A DNA stretch of 32,000 nt from Candidatus Saccharimonas aalborgensis (GTDB taxonomy: Bacteria > Patescibacteriota > Saccharimonadia > Saccharimonadales > Saccharimonadaceae). Made by a program: the position numbers and the translations under genes. Below, piece by piece: positions 25,502 through 32,000 of the stretch (position 1 is the stretch's first letter; every line of letters begins with the position of its first letter). The DNA lies in contig NC_021219.1 in the NCBI RefSeq assembly GCF_000392435.1, positions 840,001 to 872,000 on the forward strand, in the 5' to 3' direction. A model generated the notes under the pieces. It did no database searches, was not told where the DNA came from, and saw nothing but the letters and a program-made list of their open reading frames with translations.

Positions 25502-26698
25502 ATGCAGATGCAACGTAGGAGCCGTATAATGCGGTGGATAGCCGGAATTGCAGTTGCCCTCATGAGTGTGGGTATGACGTGGTATTTCTTGACACGGCCA
25601 GCCAAGACCCCATCATCAGGGACCAACTCCGCTACTCAAACATCGGTGTCCCCGTCCTCGCCATCGCAAAAAATCAGGATTGCGGCTATGGGTGATATGC
25701 TGGCCCATGATTCGGTGGTATCGCAAGCAAAGATAGCATCAGGATACAACTTCACCCCCTATTTTAGCCGGATTCGACCCGTCTATACACAAGCCGATGT
25801 TGTGTTTTGCAATACCGAGACGCTATCGAGCGGTACGGCCTTCGGCATTAGCGGCTATCCGTCGTTCAACGCGCCGACCGAGTTTGCTGACGGCCTTACC
25901 AAGGGCGCAGGCTGCAATGTCATCAATCTCGCGACAAACCACATCGCCGATAAGGGCCAGCTAGCGATCAACGCAACACTTGACAACTGGCAATCTCAAC
26001 ACGTTTTGGCATACAGTGGCGCCAACCGCTCATCGGCCGAGCAAAACACGGTACGGTATTTTACAAAAAATGGTCTTAAGGTAGCATTTATCGCCTTTGC
26101 TGATTTTAGCAATGTGACGGTGCCTGCGAGCTATAGTCTCAATAATTACCACGACACGGCGCTAGTTAAGAAGCTTCTTACAGAGGCACGGGCTAACGCG
26201 GATGTGGTGATCGTGTCTACTCACTGGGGCACAGAGGATAGCAATATCGTCAACACAGACCAGCAGCAAGCAGCAAAACAATTTGCTGAGCTGGGGGCGG
26301 ATGTCGTCATCGGCACGGGTCCTCACGTCGTCCAACGAGTATCTTGGCTTGATCGTCCCTCTGGAGGCAAGACACTTGTCTGGTACTCGATTGGCAATAT
26401 GCTTTCCAGCCAGCTCAAAACAGATGAGCTCACAGGAGGTGTGGCTGGGTTTACTGTTACCAAACAAAACGGTGTCGTGAGCATAACAGACATGTCGTTT
26501 GTCGGTACCTTTATGAGTTATGAGTGGTCGGCGGCCGACCAGGCGGCGAGTAACTTAGCAGCGAGACACAATCTCCTACTGCAGCCTTTGGCAGAGGCCA
26601 ACGATGCAACTGCAGCCTTTGGCACGACGGTGGCAGAGCGCAGTGCGTACCTTCACCGGGTACTGGGTAATGAGGTTCAGCTAGCGGTAACGCCGTAG
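25502..26698 (+). CDS. CapA/PgsA family (metallophosphatase-like) membrane-anchored protein (398 aa)
   Basis: IRIAAMGDMLAHDSVV...FCNTETLSS...GCNVINLATNHIADKG...VIVSTHWGTE...GADVVIGTGPHVVQ...WYSIGNML. Confidence 0.93.
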   Translation: MQMQRRSRIMRWIAGIAVALMSVGMTWYFLTRPAKTPSSGTNSATQTSVSPSSPSQKIRIAAMGDMLAHDSVVSQAKIASGYNFTPYFSRIRPVYTQADVVFCNTETLSSGTAFGISGYPSFNAPTEFADGLTKGAGCNVINLATNHIADKGQLAINATLDNWQSQHVLAYSGANRSSAEQNTVRYFTKNGLKVAFIAFADFSNVTVPASYSLNNYHDTALVKKLLTEARANADVVIVSTHWGTEDSNIVNTDQQQAAKQFAELGADVVIGTGPHVVQRVSWLDRPSGGKTLVWYSIGNMLSSQLKTDELTGGVAGFTVTKQNGVVSITDMSFVGTFMSYEWSAADQAASNLAARHNLLLQPLAEANDATAAFGTTVAERSAYLHRVLGNEVQLAVTP

Positions 26699-26699
26699 A

Positions 26700-27368
26700 T
26701 TATTTGACCTGACTGCGCTGCTTGAGCTCACTAAGTGCTGCATCAAGATAAGGTTTGGCTTCATCGAGGGCGAGCTCTGATTGGCTTAGTGCTCTCGCAA
26801 GATCTTTGCCGACATACCGAAAGTGCCACGGTTCGTAGGTATATTTTGTGACGCTGATCTTGTCCTTTGGGTAGCGCAAAATAAAGCCATACTCTGCAGC
26901 ATGGGTGGCGAGCCATTTCCCTGCGGCAGTATCCCCGAAACACGTGTCAAGATAACAGGACCGATCAACATAGCTGATATCAAATGTCAGGCCAGTTTGG
27001 TGTTCGCTACGGCCTGGGCGAGCACTAAATGTGTCGGCAACTTCCTGACCATTTTTTGCGACGTAACTATTGTAGTAAATGGCTTGCTGCTCGTATGAGC
27101 GGTAGCCGCTACCGATCATCAGATCATAGCCTTGATTCTTTGCGGCAGCAAATAACGCTTCTACTGCTGGCAAAATATCTGTTCGTAGTGAACGTTCTTC
27201 GCGTGGCTTGTCGCTCCTCGTGGCAACTGTAGCAAGGCTGACAGTAGGAGTGTAATGCGGATTATTGAGAGGATAGTCTTTGCTGACGACGCGCCACACA
27301 CTTGCATCACTTGCATAATCTTCCTTGAGAGCGACAATGGGGGTGGCTCTAGGAAGCGAAACCATCAC
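26700..27368 (-). CDS. M15B (VanY/LAS-type) D-alanyl-D-alanine carboxypeptidase, catalytic part; probably the 3' part of a frameshifted gene starting at 27526
   Basis: MIGSGYRSYEQQAIYYNSYV...SARPGRSEHQTGLTFDI...YGFILRYPKDK...YEPWHFRYVG. Confidence 0.9.
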   Translation of the reverse strand: MMVSLPRATPIVALKEDYASDASVWRVVSKDYPLNNPHYTPTVSLATVATRSDKPREERSLRTDILPAVEALFAAAKNQGYDLMIGSGYRSYEQQAIYYNSYVAKNGQEVADTFSARPGRSEHQTGLTFDISYVDRSCYLDTCFGDTAAGKWLATHAAEYGFILRYPKDKISVTKYTYEPWHFRYVGKDLARALSQSELALDEAKPYLDAALSELKQRSQVK

Positions 27369-27526
27369 GTCGGGGGCTGAGTTGGTTTTGATACTTGCTC
27401 AGAAGGAGGGGGTGTTGATGGTGCCGTTGTCTGGTGTGGTGTCAAAACAATCCAGCCGAGGATACCTACGATCGCTACCACGGCAGCGGTAACGACAATC
27501 TTTTTTGAGTGATGACGGATATTCAC
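27365..27526 (-). CDS. Short ORF encoding a membrane anchor and linker, one nucleotide out of frame with the downstream M15 peptidase
   Basis: Translates as (V/M)NIRHHSKKIVVTAAVVAIVGILGWIVLTPHQTTAPSTPPPSEQVSKPTQPPT*; stop overlaps the GTG start of the 26700-27368 ORF. Confidence 0.6.
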   Translation of the reverse strand: MNIRHHSKKIVVTAAVVAIVGILGWIVLTPHQTTAPSTPPPSEQVSKPTQPPT

Positions 27527-27541
27527 ATTGTTTAGGTCTAT

Positions 27542-27964
27542 CTATAATGATTCGAGAACTGTACGACTTACACCGGCTTTTTTTGCGAGGTAGTCTATCA
27601 TTCGTTCCAAACGGTCGATCTTGTGTTGCATAGCTGCCATTTCGGCGGCATAGGTATCTAATTTTGCCGCATAGCCGTCTATCAGAGATTCGAGGCGTCT
27701 GATGTCGTCTTTTGTGGCCATATTCTCGAGTGTTTTTTCGATCGCGCTAAAGCGTTGTTCGTTGTAGACAAACATTTTATCAAACCGCTTATCAATCTTC
27801 TCGAACCGACTATCAATATGCTCAAACCGTTTATCGATTTTTTCAAACCTATCATCGATTTTCTCAAACCTATCATCAATCTTCTCGAACCGCTCAGTTA
27901 CTTCATTGGCAAACTGAGAAAGTGTTGACATAATTTCTGCGTTTGAAACATCGTCTGAACTCAT
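27542..27964 (-). CDS. Coiled-coil protein with heptad repeat, C-terminal XRE/membrane-adaptor-like helices (140 aa)
   Basis: FEKIDDRFEKIDDRFEKIDKRFEHIDSRFEKIDKRF tandem heptads; DNA-level 21-nt repeat at 27785-27889. Confidence 0.8.
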   Translation of the reverse strand: MSSDDVSNAEIMSTLSQFANEVTERFEKIDDRFEKIDDRFEKIDKRFEHIDSRFEKIDKRFDKMFVYNEQRFSAIEKTLENMATKDDIRRLESLIDGYAAKLDTYAAEMAAMQHKIDRLERMIDYLAKKAGVSRTVLESL

Positions 27965-27971
27965 ATGACAA

Positions 27972-28769
27972 TTATATCAGCTCTATACTGACCGGACAAT
28001 GGTCGCTGCCCATGACGTCGGGGTGGATAGTGGGGTTTTTGATCTGGCCAGCGATAGCTTTGCTTGCCAGCCAATAGTCGATGCGCCAGCCGACATTGCG
28101 GGCGCGGGCATTTGCCCAATGCGTCCACCAGGTGTATGCCTCGCTGCGGTCCGGGTAGGCGGCGCGGAACGTATCCACAAAGCCCGCTTCTAGGTAGTCG
28201 CCAAATCGTTCTCGCTCTTGGTCCGTGAAGCCGTGCTTGCCGACATTTGGTTTGGGGTTAGCCAGATCGATTTCCTGATGAGCGACGTTCATGTCGCCAC
28301 AGTAGAGGACGGGCTTTGAGGTTTCGAGCTGTCGGAGGTATGCCAGGCAGGCGCGGTCCCAGTGCTGATAGCGGAGGTTCAGCCGGCTGAGATCACCCTT
28401 GCTATTTGGTGTGTAGCAGGTCACGACCCAAAATTTGTCAAATTCGGCGGCGATGATACGTCCTTCGGCATTGGGGTCACCGTAGCTGTCACCCGTGACG
28501 CCGTAAGTAGCGATAATGTTCGCAGGAAAGCCGTCGATATAGCGAAGGGCGGGCGTTTTGGTAAAGATAGCGGTACCGCTATAGCCCTTTTTGACGGCAC
28601 TATAGAAATGTTCTTCGTATTGTGGTAGGTCGATCTCGACTTGCCCACGCTCGGCCTTGGTTTCTTGCAAACAGAGAATGTCTGGGTCATGATCGGCGAT
28701 AAATCGCTGCAAGGTTCCCTTGCTTAGTACGGCACGAATTCCATTGACGTTCCAGGAGTATAACTTCAT
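27972..28769 (-). CDS. xthA: Exodeoxyribonuclease III (AP endonuclease)
   Basis: MKLYSWNVNGIRAVLSKG...ILCLQETKAE...GYSGTAIFTK...YCGDMNVAHQEIDLANPK...WRIDYWLASK...GSDHCPV; the supplied ORF begins at 28877 but ATG 28769 matches the family start. Confidence 0.93.
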   Translation of the reverse strand: MKLYSWNVNGIRAVLSKGTLQRFIADHDPDILCLQETKAERGQVEIDLPQYEEHFYSAVKKGYSGTAIFTKTPALRYIDGFPANIIATYGVTGDSYGDPNAEGRIIAAEFDKFWVVTCYTPNSKGDLSRLNLRYQHWDRACLAYLRQLETSKPVLYCGDMNVAHQEIDLANPKPNVGKHGFTDQERERFGDYLEAGFVDTFRAAYPDRSEAYTWWTHWANARARNVGWRIDYWLASKAIAGQIKNPTIHPDVMGSDHCPVSIELI

Positions 28770-28855
28770 GAGGTTATTATAGCGTGCTTTGGTTTCATAT
28801 AAAAAAGACCCTGGCGTAGCCGGATCAATCAAATGGTTGTTACATGAAAGGGCGG

Positions 28856-28894
28856 TGACCCGCCCGACGCTCTTCAAGGAGGCATCGGGCGGGT
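28856..28894 (-). terminator. GC-rich hairpin at the 3' end of the 28923-29423 gene
   Basis: gacccgcccgacgc (28856-28869) versus gcatcgggcgggtc (28881-28894), a 14-bp stem with one wobble. Confidence 0.75.
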
Positions 28895-28922
28895 CTGGTG
28901 GTAAAACCCTGAGGATAAGAGA

Positions 28923-29423
28923 TCACTCGCCGGGGATCGGCAGTGCCTCCAGCTCCCACCCCTTCAGCTCATCGCTGTAGCGCAGCCGTCCGTAGACGGG
29001 CTGGCCGGCGACCAACTGGTCCATGAGACCGCGGTCGGGTCGTTGGCAGACGATCTCGTGGTTGCCCATCCACAGCGTGACGGGGTTGAGGCCGGCCACC
29101 CCTGGTTTGGAGAGCTTGTAGAGATGATTCGCCGCTCGCTCATTGTGGACACTCACCCAGGCGTAGCGGGTGACGTGGAACCAGCCCGTGTTCCATTCGC
29201 GGTCGCGCTTGGCGAGCAGCTGGTCGCCTCGGTACCCGAGGAAGAGGGCTGTGATCAACATCACGACTCCCCAGATCAGCAGGTACGAGTTGACTTTCGG
29301 ACGCATCATGAGCCCAACCAGAAGCATGGTGGGGCCAGTAATGCCACACACCGCCATCGCCCAAGAGGCGATGGCGGCCTTGCGGTGGTAGAAGCCGTAC
29401 TTGCTAGGTACTTCGGTGGCCAC
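28923..29423 (-). CDS. GC-rich small membrane protein, 2 TM (166 aa)
   Basis: GTG start preceded by a gggagg RBS and a TATAAT-containing AT-rich promoter; two adjacent TM segments (IASWAMAVCGITGPTMLLVGLMM, SYLLIWGVVMLITALFLGY). Confidence 0.75.
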   Translation of the reverse strand: MATEVPSKYGFYHRKAAIASWAMAVCGITGPTMLLVGLMMRPKVNSYLLIWGVVMLITALFLGYRGDQLLAKRDREWNTGWFHVTRYAWVSVHNERAANHLYKLSKPGVAGLNPVTLWMGNHEIVCQRPDRGLMDQLVAGQPVYGRLRYSDELKGWELEALPIPGE

Positions 29424-29563
29424 AGGGGGCCTCCCTTCGTTTGATGGGATATTACCATTATTATTATAACATAAATAACAATATAAATAAATACTTAGTC
29501 AAATAAAAAAACACCCTGTTGAGGGGTGAAAACGTGACAAGCTAGGAATCGGTGGCTCACCTC

Positions 29564-29595
29564 GAGCTGGCGGGGGATCACTCCCCCGCCAGCTC
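29564..29595 (-). terminator. GC-rich hairpin at the 3' end of the SPFH gene
   Basis: gagctggcggggga / tcccccgccagctc, perfect 14-bp stem with a 4-nt loop (GTGA on the minus strand), 19 nt after the stop codon. Confidence 0.8.
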
Positions 29596-29613
29596 TGTAA
29601 AGGTGGGCAGGTA

Positions 29614-30669
29614 CTACTTGGTGGCGGTTCCGCTGGGCACGACCACCGCGGAGCTGCCGCCGGGCCAGCAACTGAAGCCAGCCGGTAGCGGATACCCCTT
29701 GGCGATGGCGTCCGCCAGGTGGTCGAGGCACTTCGAGACCAGGACGTTGGGATCCTTGGACACTGAAGCCGCCAACTTCTCGTTGGCGATAGCTTGCTGT
29801 TCCGCGGTCTTGACGGCTTGCTGTGCAATGCGCGTCTGGGCTACCTGGCCCTGGAGGTCATTGATCTTGCGCTGGGTGGCATCGTCGTAGTTCATGACGG
29901 TGACCGCCAGCTCCGACACGTCGATCTGGGATCCCACCGCGGTCCTCATCTTGGTGAGGGCCTGACCGCTGAGGACCGACAGTTCGGGTGCGTTGGACTG
30001 ACCGGTCTCGGCATCGACCGACAGCGGGTCGTACGACTCGAAGACGGCATTGAGGACCGACTGCAAGTTCTTGGTCACCAGGGCATCCCTGATGTTCTCG
30101 AACGTGCGGTAGTTCTGGAACAGCCCATCGACCGCCGTCTCCTTGGCCTGCCACTTGACGTACATGTTGGCGCAGGCCACGATTTGGTGCGCGATGCGCA
30201 CCTGGATGCAGCCCTCGTTGAAGGCGGCTCCGGTGGGGCGGTTGTGCGTGTCGGTCTGGATGGCACCGTCCATCAGAGTGACATCCTGCCACGGTGCCTT
30301 GAAGTGAGGGCCGTTGGACATGGAGCTGGTGGGCGCGCCGAGGGTGGTGACCACACCGATGTCCTTGGTGGGGACGATGACGAAGGTGGAGAAGAACAGC
30401 ATGATCGCGGCGAGACCCGCGAGTGCCACACTGCCGTACCTCGTGACCTTGCCGGTGATGGCCTGGGTGCTGGTGTCCGGACGCTGGGGCTGCAATTCGT
30501 GGAAGTAAAGCCCGCGGTTCTCTGCAGCGTCACGCCGCGAGCGCCAGTCGGCCAGCTCCTTCTTGTAATTGTCTTCGATGCCGCTGGCATCGTCGCTGTT
30601 CTTTCGCGCATAGATGCGCGTGCCGATTGCGGCAAGGAGCAGCAACGCGACAACGATGGTTTCGATCAT
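29614..30669 (-). CDS. SPFH/Band 7 (prohibitin/HflK-like) membrane protein (351 aa)
   Basis: TM followed by VIVPTKDIGVVTTLGAPTSSMSNGPHFKAPWQDVTLMDGAIQT..., helical TRIAQQAVKTAEQQAIANEKLAASV tail. Confidence 0.88.
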   Translation of the reverse strand: MIETIVVALLLLAAIGTRIYARKNSDDASGIEDNYKKELADWRSRRDAAENRGLYFHELQPQRPDTSTQAITGKVTRYGSVALAGLAAIMLFFSTFVIVPTKDIGVVTTLGAPTSSMSNGPHFKAPWQDVTLMDGAIQTDTHNRPTGAAFNEGCIQVRIAHQIVACANMYVKWQAKETAVDGLFQNYRTFENIRDALVTKNLQSVLNAVFESYDPLSVDAETGQSNAPELSVLSGQALTKMRTAVGSQIDVSELAVTVMNYDDATQRKINDLQGQVAQTRIAQQAVKTAEQQAIANEKLAASVSKDPNVLVSKCLDHLADAIAKGYPLPAGFSCWPGGSSAVVVPSGTATK

Positions 30670-30835
30670 TGACAGTCTCTCTGCGACGGGTTTGGGCTCC
30701 CGAATCGCACACCACTATCAAGCCAGTTGATAGCAAGGTGCGACTCGGGATAATTCAGTAGTAAATTGATTCCTAGCTTGTCAAGCGCGAGGGTTGCTCG
30801 CACTATGCACGCGTGTAGGCGTGACATCGTTGCAT

Positions 30836-30864
30836 ATTATAGCAAATTATAGTTAAAAAGTCAA
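30836..30864 (-). promoter_or_regulatory. Near-consensus sigma70-type promoter upstream of the SPFH gene
   Basis: Minus strand TTGACT (30864-30859), 17-nt spacer, TATAAT (30841-30836). Confidence 0.8.
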
Positions 30865-30901
30865 TACGTTTTCCAGTGGTCACACCTGCTATACTAAGCT
30901 C

Positions 30902-31618
30902 ATGTATAAACGAATCTTACTCAAACTTTCAGGCGAACAACTACAGGGCTCTCACGAGAGCGGATTTGATACTGAGCGTGCCGTGTGGATCGCTGGACAG
31001 CTCAAACAAGCCCTCGCGACAGGGGTACAAATCGTCATCATGGTTGGTGGTGGCAATTATGCGCGTGGAGCGCAGCTTGCTGATGACAAAATACAGCGCA
31101 TCACTGGGGATTATGTCGGTATGCTGGCCACACTTATGAATGCGCTGACACTGGCTGATGTATTCAATAGCGAGGGCGTCGATGCGCGAGCACTGAGCAA
31201 TATCGAGGCGAATCAGCTTGTTGACCAATTTACCCACCGTCGAGCGGTGAGCCATCTCGATAAACACCGGGTCGTGATCGTGGCGGGCGGAACTGGGCGG
31301 CCGTTCCTCACGACCGATACGGCTGCGGTCAATCTCGCACTAGAGTTACAATGTGATGTTGTAGTCAAGACAACGAAGGTTGACGGTGTCTATACCGCAG
31401 ACCCGGCTCTCGACACCACAGCTACCAAATATGAGCATCTCAGTTACGATGAAGTCATCGCTAACCCCTCTATCACCGTCATGGACAAGGCGGCAATCGG
31501 TCTCGCGCTTGAGCAGCACATTCCTATCGTGATCTGTGATCTCCTGACGGAGGGAAATATAGCCCGTGCAGCTCGTGGCGATACTGTCGGTACACTCATA
31601 GGTGAAAAAATGGCATGA
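30902..31618 (+). CDS. pyrH: Uridylate kinase (238 aa)
   Basis: ILLKLSGEQLQG...VIMVGGGNYARG...DYVGMLATLMNALTLADVF...VVIVAGGTGRPFLTTDTAAVNLALELQCDVVVKTTKVDGVYTADP...VICDLLTEGNIARAARGDTVGTLI. Confidence 0.97.
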   Translation: MYKRILLKLSGEQLQGSHESGFDTERAVWIAGQLKQALATGVQIVIMVGGGNYARGAQLADDKIQRITGDYVGMLATLMNALTLADVFNSEGVDARALSNIEANQLVDQFTHRRAVSHLDKHRVVIVAGGTGRPFLTTDTAAVNLALELQCDVVVKTTKVDGVYTADPALDTTATKYEHLSYDEVIANPSITVMDKAAIGLALEQHIPIVICDLLTEGNIARAARGDTVGTLIGEKMA

Positions 31619-32000
31619 AAGCGATATCACCAACCTTGAGCGTCATTGTCTGCGCGTATAATGAAGCCGATACGATTAAGCCTTGTCTATCATCACTTAT
31701 GGAGCAACGAAAGGATATAGATGAGATTATTGTCGTCGACAATAACTCGACCGACGATACTGTCGCTATCATCAAGAAACATTTTCCAGATATCACTGTC
31801 GTCCATGAGTCAGAACAGGGATTGATACCGGCTCGAAATACCGCTTTTGACCGTGCTACGGGTATGGTTATGGCGCGCGTTGATGCTGACGCAAAGATAT
31901 TGCCAGGCTGGGCGCACGCCATAAAGCAACATTTTGCTTCGCACCCGGAGCTTTGGGCTGCTACCGGCACGGTATATTACTACGATGCTCCCCTACGGCA
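31615..32000 (+). CDS. Family 2 glycosyltransferase, N-terminal part (runs off the window)
   Basis: ATG at 31615 overlaps the pyrH stop; MKAISPTLSVIVCAYNEADTIKPCLSSLMEQ...EIIVVDNNSTDDTVAIIKKHFPD...GLIPARNTAFDRATGMVMARVDADA. Confidence 0.9.
   Translation, partial: MKAISPTLSVIVCAYNEADTIKPCLSSLMEQRKDIDEIIVVDNNSTDDTVAIIKKHFPDITVVHESEQGLIPARNTAFDRATGMVMARVDADAKILPGWAHAIKQHFASHPELWAATGTVYYYDAPLR

Overview
This 32 kb window looks like a CPR/Saccharibacteria-type genome segment, judging by small tightly packed genes, CPR-like surface and cell-wall genes and no visible large anabolic operons. The assignment is an inference; no 16S rRNA gene is present. The best candidate for an undescribed system is a tight minus-strand operon at 333-6150. 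It encodes a NOX/ferric-reductase-like membrane flavocytochrome, two membrane-anchored extracellular proteins ending in a Cys-rich domain that resembles cytochrome b5, and two DUF4352-like membrane-anchored proteins. One of the two anchored proteins has one Ig-like repeat and the other has seven. Upstream of it lies an MFS transporter broken by two in-frame stops. Other contents: a PG-binding secreted protein; a badly decayed rve/IS481-like transposase; a LysM protein with a 96-bp exact internal duplication; an ABC exporter; an array of hairpins and tRNA-Glu 3'-end copies next to tRNA-Glu(CUC); a histidine kinase with a CheY-like regulator; a DUF3048 protein; gltX; a PEGA-domain protein; a sortase; tRNA-Leu(CAA); a four-gene nucleotide/house-cleaning-like operon; CapA; an M15 peptidase whose membrane anchor is one nucleotide out of frame; exonuclease III; an SPFH protein; pyrH; and the start of a GT2 glycosyltransferase. 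Three separate GC-rich genes each carry their own promoter and a GC-rich terminal hairpin with a 14-bp stem. They look like independent expression cassettes.
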